NCBI GenBank assembly: GCA_023229435.1 | Contig: JALNZF010000014.1 | Location: 1,445 to 65,444 of the forward strand | Length of the DNA stretch: 64,000 nucleotides | Direction: 5' to 3' | DNA from: Nitrospirota bacterium | Lineage (GTDB): Bacteria; Nitrospirota; UBA9217 | Part shown: positions 1 to 10,545 of the stretch, in pieces | Layout of the letters: the number at the start of each line of letters is the position of its first letter | How positions within the stretch are numbered: position 1 is the stretch's first letter | Notes under the pieces: model-generated | The model's database searches: none | What the model saw: the letters and a program-made list of their open reading frames with translations, nothing else | What the model was told of the DNA's origin: nothing | Made by a program: the position numbers and the translations under genes

Positions 1-655
<655 letters not shown>

Positions 656-662
656 AATAAAC

Positions 663-2093
663 TCACTGCCCCAGGATGAACTGCTTCCCGGCTTCGATTA
701 ATTCTTTTATCATTTCCTCGGAAGAGGATTCGACATACACTCGCACCACCGGCTCTGTGCCTGACGCGCGCATCAGGACCCAGCTGTCGTCCTCAAGCAT
801 GTACTTGGTCCCGTCTGCGGTGGTCTTCTTACCCTTTACCCGGAGCCCGCCGAACTCGTTCAGGGGTTGACTGAGCCGCGCATATACTGCCGCGTGATTG
901 GCTTCGGTAAGTCGTATATTGACCCGGTCGTTTAAAATGACGCCTACTTCCTTGTAGAGCCTTTTCAGCATATCATGGATGGTTTTTCGTTCGCTGGAGA
1001 CCATTTCAGCCACCAGAAGACAGGCAAGAATGCCGTCCTTTTCCGGCACGTGGTCCTTGATCGTCATCCCTGCGCTTTCTTCACCGCCGAAGATGATCTT
1101 TCCCTGTACCAGCAGGTCTCCGATAAACTTGAACCCCACTCCTGTTTCGTACACCTCTATGCCGTGTTTCTTGGCTACCGCGTCGATGAGATGGGTGGTT
1201 GCAATGGAGCGGGCAGCGCCGCCTTTCCATCCCCGGGTCCGACAGAGGTAATCCAGGATCAGGGCAAGGACCTGATTCGGATTAATGTAGGACCCGTCCG
1301 GGTCCATGATTCCAAAACGGTCTGCGTCGCCGTCTACCGCCAGTCCGAGGTCAAATCGTCCCTTTTTCATCGTTGCCGAAAGTTCCGCGAGGTTTTCCTC
1401 GGACGGTTCGGGAGAGCGTCCGCCGAACAGTGCGTCGCGCTGTCCATGCACGACCGTGACCGCACAACCGGCGTCCCCGAGCACGCTGTCCAGATAGTCC
1501 CTGCCCGTCCCGTAAAGCAGATCAACCGCGACCTTCAATTTTGCTTTTTTTATAGGTTCAAAATCGATCTTTTTTCTGAGGTCATCAAGATAGGCCTTGC
1601 GGAGATCGGCGTCATCCACCATCCCTTTTTGTCTTGCCTCGGCCAGCGACATGGTTTTTATGGAGTTCTTATCAATAAGAGCGTTGGCCCGCGCTTCAAT
1701 GTCTTTCGTGGTTTCAGGCAGTGCCGGACCGCCCCAGGCTGCTGAGAATTTCAGGCCGTTGTATTCAGGCGGGTTGTGACTGGCAGTGAAGTTGATGCCT
1801 CCCGCGGCCTTTCTGCGAATGATGTCGAAGGCGACCGCCGGGGTGGGGACATCCCTGTTCGAGAGAAAAGAGCGAATCCCGTTCGCCGCAAAGACCCTGA
1901 CGGACTCCGCGGCAAACCGCTCGGACAAAAAGCGCGTATCATATCCTACGACCACGCCCTTGTCTTTCAGCCCCTGTGCAATAAGGTGGTCGGCGATCGC
2001 CTGGGTCACCGCCCGTACTCTGCTGAAAGTAAAATCATCAGCGATCACGCCGCGCCAGCCCGAAGTACCGAACTTTATTTTTTCAATCGCCAT
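663..2093 (-). CDS. Phosphoglucomutase/phosphomannomutase family (alpha-D-phosphohexomutase)
   Basis: ORF 663..2102. FGTSGWRG N-terminus and phosphoserine loop TASHNPPEYNG. The first true ATG is at 2093 (MAIEK); codon 2102 is TTG. Confidence 0.9.
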   Translation of the reverse strand: MAIEKIKFGTSGWRGVIADDFTFSRVRAVTQAIADHLIAQGLKDKGVVVGYDTRFLSERFAAESVRVFAANGIRSFLSNRDVPTPAVAFDIIRRKAAGGINFTASHNPPEYNGLKFSAAWGGPALPETTKDIEARANALIDKNSIKTMSLAEARQKGMVDDADLRKAYLDDLRKKIDFEPIKKAKLKVAVDLLYGTGRDYLDSVLGDAGCAVTVVHGQRDALFGGRSPEPSEENLAELSATMKKGRFDLGLAVDGDADRFGIMDPDGSYINPNQVLALILDYLCRTRGWKGGAARSIATTHLIDAVAKKHGIEVYETGVGFKFIGDLLVQGKIIFGGEESAGMTIKDHVPEKDGILACLLVAEMVSSERKTIHDMLKRLYKEVGVILNDRVNIRLTEANHAAVYARLSQPLNEFGGLRVKGKKTTADGTKYMLEDDSWVLMRASGTEPVVRVYVESSSEEMIKELIEAGKQFILGQ

Positions 2094-2158
2094 ATAAAAC
2101 AAAAAATATCACAAATAATCATTCATTGCAACTTAAAACAATTGAATTCGCAAACCAC

Positions 2159-2238
2159 TCCCCCTCACCTCGGTCCTCTCCCTCGTTGGGGAGAGGAAAC
2201 TCCCTCGCCCCTTGCGGGAGAGGGCGGGGGTGAGGGGT
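2159..2238. repeat. REP-like palindromic element (cccctcacc .. ggtgagggg family), copy 1 of 7
   Basis: cccctcacctcggtcctctccctcgttggggagagg..gggagagggcgggggtgagggg. The outer arms and inner ctctccc/gggagag arms are self-complementary. Confidence 0.75.
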
Positions 2239-2276
2239 CTATTCATCGGTGATAGCGGTTATCTTATCGATAGATG

Positions 2277-2756
2277 TCAGATCCTTATTATTTCCGCTTT
2301 CAACTCGTCCCCCACCTCAAGGAGGGCAACGGAATTATACGGCGCATGCCGTTTATCGGTCGGGCTTCCCGGGTTCAGAAAATACACGCCGTTCACCTTT
2401 CCCCAGAAGGGCGTGTGCGAATGCCCGTAGACGATCAGGTCTATATCATCGAACTCTTTCCTGATCATTTCTCGCTGGAGCTCTATCTTATATTTACCGT
2501 GAATAAGGCCAACGCTGTATTTCCCGAGGGGAATGACCTTTTTATCCGGAAGATGCAAATGGACCTCGGAGCCGTCCATGTTGCCGGCGACCGCCTCGAC
2601 GGGCGCAATGGTCCTGAGTTCATCGAGCACCGACATCTCGAGGATATCGCCTGCGTGGAGAATGAGGTCGACGCCCTGAAAGACTTGAAAGACAACTGCC
2701 GGCAGGGACCGCATGATGGCGGGAACGTGGGTATCGGAAATCACGCCGACTCTCAT
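2277..2756 (-). CDS. YfcE/MJ0936-type metallophosphoesterase
   Basis: MRVGVISDTHVP..GDIL..GHSHTPF metal-ligand motifs. ATGA start/stop overlap with hisS at 2753-2756. Confidence 0.85.
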   Translation of the reverse strand: MRVGVISDTHVPAIMRSLPAVVFQVFQGVDLILHAGDILEMSVLDELRTIAPVEAVAGNMDGSEVHLHLPDKKVIPLGKYSVGLIHGKYKIELQREMIRKEFDDIDLIVYGHSHTPFWGKVNGVYFLNPGSPTDKRHAPYNSVALLEVGDELKAEIIRI

Positions 2757-4009
2757 AATGGGCGCGCTGTTCTTTTCTTCAGCTCCTCTTCGATATTCCG
2801 GAGCGCGATCTCTTCCTGTTCCTTGGTCTGCATATTCCGGAGCACCGCCATCCCGCTCTTCATTTCCTGTTCACCGATGATCAGCGTATGGCCGGCCCCG
2901 GATTTGTCCGCTTTCTTCATCTGGCTCTTGAGGCTCGCGCCCATGTAATCCATCTCAACGGGTATCCCGGACGATTTGAGGCGATGGATGATCGGAAGTA
3001 CCAGCGCCACCGCGTCCGGTCCCAGCGCGGCGATGAAAAGCGCGGGTCGGGGAAACACTACTCTGCCGGTATCCATGAGTGATATCGCCCGCTCGACGCC
3101 GAGCGCAAAACCGATCCCCGGGGTTGCGGGGCCGCCGATCTCCTTGACCAGGCCGTCGTACCTGCCTCCGGCGGCCACGGTGTTCTGCGCGCCCAAATGG
3201 CCCATCACCAGTTCGAATGTCGTGCGGGTATAATAGTCGAGTCCGCGTACCAGACGTTTATTGACCTCGAATGGAATGCCGAGCGTCTTAAGCCCTTGTT
3301 CCACGGTCTCGAAATGCGATTTGCAGGGATCGCAGAGATAATCGAGCATCACCGGCGAGTCCGTGAACTTGTCCGCATCCACCTTGCAATCCAGAACGCG
3401 AAGAGGGTTTGTCTCGTACCGCCGTTGGCAATCCGCGCACAGGGTCGGCAGCTTTGCCGTTAGATACTGTTTGAGTGCGTCCCGGTATGCACCCCTGCAC
3501 TCGCTGTCTCCCAGAGAATTGATCTGCAGGCTCAAGCCGCTGATGCCGAGTCTGGCGAAAAGTGTGTGCAGCATCGCCAGGACCTCGATATCGACATGAG
3601 GGTGGTCGAGTCCAAGCGCCTCAACGCCGATCTGGTAGAACTGGCGGTACCGGCCTTTCTGCGGACGCTCATGCCGGAACATGGGGCCGAGGTAATACAG
3701 CTTCGTAAGCTGGGCATCGGCATACAGTTTGTGTTCAATGAACGCGCGCACCACGCCGGCGGTCCCTTCCGGCCTGAGCGTGATCTTTCTGCCGTCGCGG
3801 TCCTCAAAGGTATACATCTCCTTCTCAACAATGTCCGTTGACGCGCCGATGCTCCGGGCGAACAGTTCCGTATATTCGAACACCGGGACCCGTATCTCGG
3901 TGAACCCGTAGTCCTCGAACAGCTTGCGCGCCGTCGCTTCGAGGTATTGCCACACCGGCATGTCCTGCGGCAGCACGTCTTTCACGCCTTTGATCGCCTG
4001 GATCGACAT
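2753..4009 (-). CDS. hisS: Histidine--tRNA ligase
   Basis: 418 aa. N-terminus IKGVKDVLPQD..FEDYGF.EIR.P.FEY.ELF is typical class II HisRS. AGGAG RBS before ATG 4009. Confidence 0.95.
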   Translation of the reverse strand: MSIQAIKGVKDVLPQDMPVWQYLEATARKLFEDYGFTEIRVPVFEYTELFARSIGASTDIVEKEMYTFEDRDGRKITLRPEGTAGVVRAFIEHKLYADAQLTKLYYLGPMFRHERPQKGRYRQFYQIGVEALGLDHPHVDIEVLAMLHTLFARLGISGLSLQINSLGDSECRGAYRDALKQYLTAKLPTLCADCQRRYETNPLRVLDCKVDADKFTDSPVMLDYLCDPCKSHFETVEQGLKTLGIPFEVNKRLVRGLDYYTRTTFELVMGHLGAQNTVAAGGRYDGLVKEIGGPATPGIGFALGVERAISLMDTGRVVFPRPALFIAALGPDAVALVLPIIHRLKSSGIPVEMDYMGASLKSQMKKADKSGAGHTLIIGEQEMKSGMAVLRNMQTKEQEEIALRNIEEELKKRTARPL

Positions 4010-4431
4010 TCAGACTCCTTTTATCATTGTGGATTCCCGAATATGCTCACGATAATGTCTTGATTGATACACGATAGTGGCCGGATATGCCGCAATACCT
4101 AGCGCTGCAGCGGAATACCGTTACGCATGGCCAGGTTATTGCGTGCATGATTTCGGTGAGCTCGAATGGTCGGCAAATAATCGGCCCGTCCCTGTTTTGC
4201 GATGACTTTGCGGATGACTTCAGTATAGAACACGCAAGAAGCGGTTGTCAACGATATTGTTCGCAACGGCAACAAGAGAGTGTATCCTATGACCCCTTGA
4301 GGCGGTCAGATAGTATGTATATTTTCAAACGACACCATTGACTTTAACTCGACTATTGATCATAATAACATCAGTTCCCTGAGTGATGAGCGGGTCGGAT
4401 GATCCCTGAAGGAAGGACCGGTACTTGCGAG

Positions 4432-5337
4432 ATGATTGGAAACCCCATGCATCAAAAAGGTTTCGCGATATCAGCAGTGCTCTCTCTTCTGTTCCTGGTC
4501 CACCTGGAGCTGTCTGTCCATGCCGCGCCGCCCATCCCTTCCGCCGCAGAGGCGCCCCAGCCCGGCCCCGCAAAGAGTGAATTCAGCATGGGTGTTTTCC
4601 CCTTTCTATCGCCCTCGATCATCGAAAGTATCTTTGCGCCGGTCGCCGCGGAATTAGGTCTGGCCCTTGGCCGCCATGTTCATATGTACAGCGCTTCGTC
4701 CTTTGATATTTTTATGGAACGATTACAGCGCCGGAAATACGATATCGCCCATGTACATCCTTTTGACTACGTTCGTATCGCGGCCCCGGCGGGATATCTT
4801 CCCATAGCCACCCGTAATGAGAAACTCTCCATGCTGTTCGTCGTGCTTGATAACAGCCCCATTCGCTCAGCCCGTGACCTCAAGGGGAAGACCATTGGCA
4901 TCGCGTCATCTCTGTCGACCGCCGACTATCTGGCAAGGATAACGCTGAATCAGGCAGGCTTCCGATTGGGGAAAGACGTTACCCTGAAATATTTCAGCGA
5001 TCATCTTTCGTGTCTCCAGCAGCTCCATATCGGGACCATCAGCTCCTGCGCCACGACAAGCGCCGTCATGCGAGTTTTTGAGGCCCGGAATAACGTGAAA
5101 CTGCGGGGATTCATGCGGTCGCCGTTGGTCCCCCATACCCTGTTTGTTGTCCACTCCCGGGTGCCGCAAAAGGACCGCGACACCATCACCAGGACCATTC
5201 TCTCCACAACGCTTTCCGAGGTCCCGAAAGATCTGAAAGAACTGTTCGTGGAACAAAATGGCAAATACTTCAAGCCCGTTACGGATGCCGACTATGACAT
5301 AGTGCGTACCTATCTTGACCGCCTGGAAAAAGAATGA
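4432..5337 (+). CDS. PhnD/SsuA-like periplasmic substrate-binding protein
   Basis: ORF 4399..5337. Signal-like segment AISAVLSLLFLVHLELSVHA, then a PhnD-like fold (GVFPFLSP..YD.AHVHPFDYV). The start is uncertain (ATG at 4399, 4432 or 4447). Confidence 0.7.
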   Translation: MIGNPMHQKGFAISAVLSLLFLVHLELSVHAAPPIPSAAEAPQPGPAKSEFSMGVFPFLSPSIIESIFAPVAAELGLALGRHVHMYSASSFDIFMERLQRRKYDIAHVHPFDYVRIAAPAGYLPIATRNEKLSMLFVVLDNSPIRSARDLKGKTIGIASSLSTADYLARITLNQAGFRLGKDVTLKYFSDHLSCLQQLHIGTISSCATTSAVMRVFEARNNVKLRGFMRSPLVPHTLFVVHSRVPQKDRDTITRTILSTTLSEVPKDLKELFVEQNGKYFKPVTDADYDIVRTYLDRLEKE

Positions 5338-7538
5338 AGCGGACCCTCTCCCTGAAATATCGCATTGCCTCGATCATCATCCTGCTGGCGGGGCTCATGA
5401 TCGTGGCCGTGCTCTGGCTGTCGCTCTCCTTGTCGGTCTCGTCCAGGCACCGGGAACTCGCCGTAAAAGAAGACGCCTATCTCATGCTCCTGAAGGACGC
5501 CTGCCACGCAGCCCTGATCAAGGAAGAATACATGGATCTTCAGCCTTATATAGCGGGGCTCCGGCAGGACCCGCAGGTCGAGCACATAATCCTGGCTGAC
5601 CGCAACAACCTCGTCCTTGTCAGTACGGACCCCTCCGAGGTGGGTCGCCCGATGCCGGCGCTGGACCGCGAAGTTGATCATGTCTGGCGCTCCCAGGAAA
5701 TCACCAATCCGACGGGCAGGCTTGGCCTCCTTGCCATGCGGTTTTCGGAAACCGCACTCAAGACTGCGTACTATCGGACGCTCATCTTCAGCATCCTCAT
5801 TGCCATCGGCGGCTTGACCGTCATGGCGTTCGTCGGTCTGTGGCTCGGAACACTCCTGACGAAACGTCTGGAAGTCCTGGCGGGCGCCGCTCGCCAGATG
5901 GCGGAGGGGGACCTGAGCGTTGCCCTTGCCGCCGACGGCGCCGATGAAGTGGCCGAATTGAACCGGCTGTTCAACACGATGGCGGGCAGACTTGAGACTA
6001 CTATTAAAGACCTTAAAGACGGCGCCGAATATATTCACGCGCTTATGAACAAGGCCCTTGACGCCATTGTTACCATCGATGAGCAGGGCGCCGTCGAGTT
6101 GGCCAATCCGGCGGCGGAAAAAATCTTCGGATATTCTTCGGATGAGTTGTTCGGAATGAATATTTTTAAGTTGCTGCCCGGACTCCCGACAGAACAGGGG
6201 GAGAGTTCTGCATTACACTCTTTGTCGGCTATAGGGAGTACATCCGATGTAACAGCGCAAAGAAAGGACGGCACACGCTTCCCGGCAGAGCTGTCGGCGA
6301 GCGAAATGTGCCTGAGAAACAAGTGCGTAACCATCGCCATTATCCGCGATACAACGGACCGCAAGCAGGCCGAGGAGGAAAAACAAAAGCTCCAGTCCCA
6401 GTTGCTGCATGCCCATAAGATGGAAGCCGTGGGCCAGCTCGCGGGCGGCATCGCCCACGACTTCAACAACATTCTTACTGCCATCATCGGCTACGGCAGC
6501 ATTATCCTCATGAAGATGGGCGCCGATGATCCCCTGCGGTCCCATATGGACCAGGTCCTCAAGGCCGCGCAACGGGCGGCCAACCTCACAAAAGGCCTTC
6601 TCACCTTCAGCCGGAAACAGGTCATCAATCCCCAACCGGTACAGCTGAACACCGTTATCGAACAGGTGGAAAAGCTCCTCCTCCGGCTCATCGGTGAGGA
6701 CATTGCGCTCAAGACCGTCCTGACAAATAAAACCACCCTTGTGCTGGCCGACACGGGACAGCTCGAGCAAGTACTGATCAACCTTGCCACCAATGCCAGG
6801 GACGCGATGCCCAACGGAGGGGACCTCACCATCGTGACGGACCATGCCGATATCGACGAGCGTTTCATCCGCACTCATAGCTTCGGGAAAAAGGGCAGTT
6901 ACGTTACGGTATCTGTTATGGATACCGGTTTCGGCATGGACGAAAGCACCCGGCAGAAGATCTTCGACCCGTTCTTCACTACCAAAGAAGTGGGCAAGGG
7001 CACCGGACTCGGCCTCGCCATCATTTACGGCATCATAAAGCAGCACAATGGATTCATCCGCGTCTCCAGTGAACTCGGCAAAGGGACGACGTTTACGATC
7101 TATCTGTCTCTCATAAAGACCACTGCGAGATCAGCGGCCCCTTCAGAGCTGGCCGCCCAATACATGGGCGGCACGGAAACCATTCTGCTCGTTGAAGACG
7201 ATGTGACCTTGAAGAACCTGTCCAAAAAGATCCTTGAGGAATCCGGCTATACAGTCATCGAGGCTGAGGATGGTCAGGACGCCATTGACAAATTTCGGAC
7301 ACACTGGAACAGGATAGACCTTCTCCTGACCGACATCATCATGCCGAAGAAGAACGGCCGGGAGGTATACGAGGAGGCGAAGCGGATCGCACCGCGCATC
7401 AAGACCCTTTTCATCAGCGGCTATCCCTCCGAGATCATCCGGAATAAGGGCCTGCTCGAAGATGGCCTCATTTTCGTTTGTAAACCCTTCACCCCCCAGG
7501 AACTGCTCCAGACAGTAAGGACCGTCCTGGACAAGTGA
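5334..7538 (+). CDS. Hybrid sensor histidine kinase (TM-HAMP-PAS-HisKA-HATPase-REC)
   Basis: H-box [13 protein letters not shown]-boxes GTGLGL, C-terminal receiver ([20 protein letters not shown]). ATGA overlap with the upstream binding-protein gene. Confidence 0.9.
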   Translation: MKRTLSLKYRIASIIILLAGLMIVAVLWLSLSLSVSSRHRELAVKEDAYLMLLKDACHAALIKEEYMDLQPYIAGLRQDPQVEHIILADRNNLVLVSTDPSEVGRPMPALDREVDHVWRSQEITNPTGRLGLLAMRFSETALKTAYYRTLIFSILIAIGGLTVMAFVGLWLGTLLTKRLEVLAGAARQMAEGDLSVALAADGADEVAELNRLFNTMAGRLETTIKDLKDGAEYIHALMNKALDAIVTIDEQGAVELANPAAEKIFGYSSDELFGMNIFKLLPGLPTEQGESSALHSLSAIGSTSDVTAQRKDGTRFPAELSASEMCLRNKCVTIAIIRDTTDRKQAEEEKQKLQSQLLHAHKMEAVGQLAGGIAHDFNNILTAIIGYGSIILMKMGADDPLRSHMDQVLKAAQRAANLTKGLLTFSRKQVINPQPVQLNTVIEQVEKLLLRLIGEDIALKTVLTNKTTLVLADTGQLEQVLINLATNARDAMPNGGDLTIVTDHADIDERFIRTHSFGKKGSYVTVSVMDTGFGMDESTRQKIFDPFFTTKEVGKGTGLGLAIIYGIIKQHNGFIRVSSELGKGTTFTIYLSLIKTTARSAAPSELAAQYMGGTETILLVEDDVTLKNLSKKILEESGYTVIEAEDGQDAIDKFRTHWNRIDLLLTDIIMPKKNGREVYEEAKRIAPRIKTLFISGYPSEIIRNKGLLEDGLIFVCKPFTPQELLQTVRTVLDK

Positions 7539-7595
7539 CAATGCATTCATGCCCTGATCAACACAACAGCCACACCGTATTGCTATTCCCGATTA

Positions 7596-7665
7596 TTCCC
7601 AAAGCCCGCCCTCGAATGATTTATTCGGGGGCCTAAAGCCGGGGGAATCCAGGTTTTTCAGGATA
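7596..7665. repeat. Intergenic repeat sharing a roughly 60-nt core with 20953-21086
   Basis: gcccgccctcgaatgatttattcgggggcctaaagccgggggaatccaggtttttcagg compared with gcctgccctcgaacggtttaatcgggggattaaagccgaggggaatccaggtatttcaaa. Confidence 0.7.
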
Positions 7666-7743
7666 ATTACAAATCAAAAACTAAAGGTTTGTTGTCATTC
7701 TCCGTCTTATTTCATATCGTTTTGCACCGTGGTTCCGCGCGTT

Positions 7744-8901
7744 CTACTGCATCTTCTCCACTATTTTTCTGAAATAACGGCAGTTTTCCACAAGATCCGG
7801 GCCATGCTTGAACAACCCACCACCAATCAGAAATATCAGGTCCCGACCGTAGGTCTCGAACATCTCCGGCACATTATCGAGGCTCATGCCGCCTCCCGGT
7901 GCGGGGAATATCTGTTTGAGATGACCCATCGGCGCCGAGGTTGCGTCTGCAATCTCTTTGCATTCCTCACGGCTGAATGAGAAGCGGCCTCCAAAATTCG
8001 GGAAAATGGTAGCGTCCGCGCCCGCCAGTCGTGCAAGCTGGCCGAAGATGACGCCGTGGGAGATGCCGTTCCGGCTGGTCACAAAACTCCCCTGGAACGC
8101 CGGATGCGTCAGGGTCGGCAGCGCGAGCGATTCATCGTCCGCCAGTTCCCTCATCAGATCAAAGCCGACCAGTCCCGGCGCAGCCATCAGGCCGCCTGCC
8201 CCCGCGTCTTTTGCGATCCTGGCCCTCTTCACGATCTCTCGGTGAGGAGCGGTAATATTCGCCACGTAGATACTGCGTTGACCGGTTTCCCGGTTTGCCT
8301 TGTGCACAGCCTCAGCGCACCGTTTTACCCGTTCCTCGAACGGCGAGCAGCTTTGATCGGTCAAGCCATGGTCGTCCTTGATGATGTCCATGCCTCCCAG
8401 GACGAACCGGTATGCAAGGTCCGCAAGCTCCTTTGACGAAAGACCCATGGGTTTGATCGCCGAGGAAAGCAACGGTCGCTTTGGGACATTCAAGAGGCTT
8501 CGGAGACCCTGCCTGCCGAAACGCGGCCCTTTGAAACAGCGAAGAAGTGATTCAGGGAGAGAGAGATGTTCCACCCTGATGCCGGGTTTGATGCTGCTGT
8601 TGCCGAACACGACATTCAGGAACTGCGTCAGTTCGCCTGCCGCTATCTCCACGGCATAGCTGATGACCGCTCTGAAGCTTTCACCGTCCCAGGCGTCGAA
8701 TGATTCGATCCTTCCAAAGACATGCTCCCTGATGATCCCTTCCGGTACTTCATCAGCGGGAAATTCCACGGTCTGTTCAATGCAGATATCCTCCGCCCTG
8801 GCACGAGCGTCTTTCTCGCTGCCGAACAACCGGTAGGTGACGGAGAAGCGGTCGCCGGAAAAGAGCGTGGATGGGGTGCAGGTATTCTGGATAATAGACA
8901 T
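7744..8901 (-). CDS. RuBisCO-like protein (form IV RLP), not a carboxylase
   Basis: RuBisCO large-subunit fold motifs are present in altered form: LLSSAIKPMGLS (compare TIKPKLGLS), GGMDIIKDDHGL (compare GGLDFTKDDENV), THPAF, FPNFGGRFSFS, PAPGGGM, LIGGGL. True ATG at 8901 (MSIIQN); codon 8928 is TTG. Confidence 0.85.
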   Translation of the reverse strand: MSIIQNTCTPSTLFSGDRFSVTYRLFGSEKDARARAEDICIEQTVEFPADEVPEGIIREHVFGRIESFDAWDGESFRAVISYAVEIAAGELTQFLNVVFGNSSIKPGIRVEHLSLPESLLRCFKGPRFGRQGLRSLLNVPKRPLLSSAIKPMGLSSKELADLAYRFVLGGMDIIKDDHGLTDQSCSPFEERVKRCAEAVHKANRETGQRSIYVANITAPHREIVKRARIAKDAGAGGLMAAPGLVGFDLMRELADDESLALPTLTHPAFQGSFVTSRNGISHGVIFGQLARLAGADATIFPNFGGRFSFSREECKEIADATSAPMGHLKQIFPAPGGGMSLDNVPEMFETYGRDLIFLIGGGLFKHGPDLVENCRYFRKIVEKMQ

Positions 8902-8963
8902 CGGATGCGGCTGTGCTCCTTTGATCAAAGAGATTTGATGAACCTACTGTTATTGCATTCGGG

Positions 8964-10493
8964 CTACCACTCAATGGGGAAATAATCTTTAAGAAATTTT
9001 CCGCACCAGTGTTTCCCTGTTGCAATTCCGTCAAAGAAGGGATCGCAGACCCTGGCGGCTCCATCGACAATATCCAGGGGTGGCTGAAAATCATGCACTT
9101 GTTGCTTGTACTGGGAAAGCTCCGCGGGATCTTCATCCGTGACCCAGCCCGTATCAACGGCATTCATAAAGATGCCGTCTTTGGCCAGGTCTTCCGCCGA
9201 CGTATGGGTCATCATATTCAGGGCTGCTTTCGCCATGTTCGTGTGGGGATGGCGCGGGTCTTTTTTGAACCGGAAAAACTTTCCTTCCATTGCCGTCACG
9301 TTGACAATATGCTTTTGGCCGGTATAATCACGCCGCATTAGCGATGACAGCCTGTTGCACAGCACAAAGGGCGCCACGGCATTCACCAGCTGCACTTCAA
9401 GCATTTCAGTTGTCGGGATCTCTCCCAAACGCAGGCGCCAGCTGTTTGTCTTGCGCAGATCAACCTGTTGAAGATCCGCATCGAGCTTTCCTGCAGGGAA
9501 TAGTTCCTCAGCCGCGAGCGAGCTGTCGTGGCTATACGGGACCTGTGACAGCCGGGCCGATTCGCGCAAACCGATCCCGGGGTTCTGATTATGCCACGCA
9601 ACAGGAAGGTCGGAGTTTTGGCCGTTATCGTTCTGACAAAGTGATTGGACCTGTTTCTTGCACTCCTCATGGTCAGCAAGAAGCTTCTGCGCCTCCCTGG
9701 ACAATACGCTGAAACCGGTTTTTTCATTCTCCATCAGATGGGCATAAAAACCCGGAGGCCGCCTCACCGTCTGAGCGGCATTATTGATCAGGATATCAAG
9801 ACGCCCGTAGTGCTGTTCCACATAACTTGCGAAGAGTTCAACACTGGGGATATGCCTCAGATCAAGACCATGGATCTTGAGCCTTTCTCCCCATACGGCA
9901 TATCCCTCTTCTCTGGAGTATCTGAGGGCCGCGTCAACAGGAAAGCGGGTTGTGGCGATCACCGTAGCGCCGGCGCGCAGCATCATCAGAGTCGCCTGAT
10001 ATCCAATTTTAAGACGTGCGCCGGTAATGAACGCGACCTGTCCATGAAGCGACGCGGACTGAAACCGCTTCCGGTAATTCAGGTCACCGCATTTTTTGCA
10101 CATGGTATCATAGAAATGGTGCAGCCGGGTGTACTCTTCTTTGCATATATAGCAATTGCGCGGCGAATTCAGTTCTTCGCGTTTCTGTTCCGCTTCGAAC
10201 GAATCACCTTCAATCTGCGCAGGCGCAATAAAAGTTGCATCAACGCGCGCATTACGGATCCCCGTGGAATTTCTGGCGCGCCGGTTTTTTTCGAGAGTTG
10301 CCAGACTCTGTGTTTTTCTTGCCGTCTTGTTTCGCTTTTTTCTTTCAGTTCTATCGGGACGGGATATCTCGCCGGTCGCTTTCAGAAGAGCAATCCTTTG
10401 TTCTTCCGGAAGATTAGCAAGCTGTTCCGTATCGTTTACGAGATTTGCAAGCAGGGTAATGCAATATTCAATGTCTTCCGACGAGTGTTTCAC
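8964..10493 (-). CDS. Short-chain dehydrogenase/reductase with an N-terminal basic region and CxxC..CxxC extension of about 150 aa
   Basis: Rossmann motif [29 protein letters not shown]-terminal [17 protein letters not shown] start at 10493 with no nearby ATG. Confidence 0.75.
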   Translation of the reverse strand: MKHSSEDIEYCITLLANLVNDTEQLANLPEEQRIALLKATGEISRPDRTERKKRNKTARKTQSLATLEKNRRARNSTGIRNARVDATFIAPAQIEGDSFEAEQKREELNSPRNCYICKEEYTRLHHFYDTMCKKCGDLNYRKRFQSASLHGQVAFITGARLKIGYQATLMMLRAGATVIATTRFPVDAALRYSREEGYAVWGERLKIHGLDLRHIPSVELFASYVEQHYGRLDILINNAAQTVRRPPGFYAHLMENEKTGFSVLSREAQKLLADHEECKKQVQSLCQNDNGQNSDLPVAWHNQNPGIGLRESARLSQVPYSHDSSLAAEELFPAGKLDADLQQVDLRKTNSWRLRLGEIPTTEMLEVQLVNAVAPFVLCNRLSSLMRRDYTGQKHIVNVTAMEGKFFRFKKDPRHPHTNMAKAALNMMTHTSAEDLAKDGIFMNAVDTGWVTDEDPAELSQYKQQVHDFQPPLDIVDGAARVCDPFFDGIATGKHWCGKFLKDYFPIEW

Positions 10494-10545
10494 TTGACTT
10501 TATTCTCTTTCATTTTCACTCCGTATTCCGTATTCCGCACTGCTT

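Noticed and set aside
4087-4341. An 84-aa ORF in the hisS / binding-protein divergent intergenic region, and small ORFs at 40565-41003
   Set aside because: They have no RBS, no recognisable domain and odd composition. The latter overlap the repeat and palindrome region and the cas6e 3' end on the opposite strand.
7744-8928. Possibility that the RuBisCO homolog is a bona fide carboxylase (form I, II or III)
   Set aside because: The K177 and E204 equivalents and the HIHRAMH and H327/K334 regions are substituted. No small subunit, phosphoribulokinase or AMP-pathway genes are nearby.
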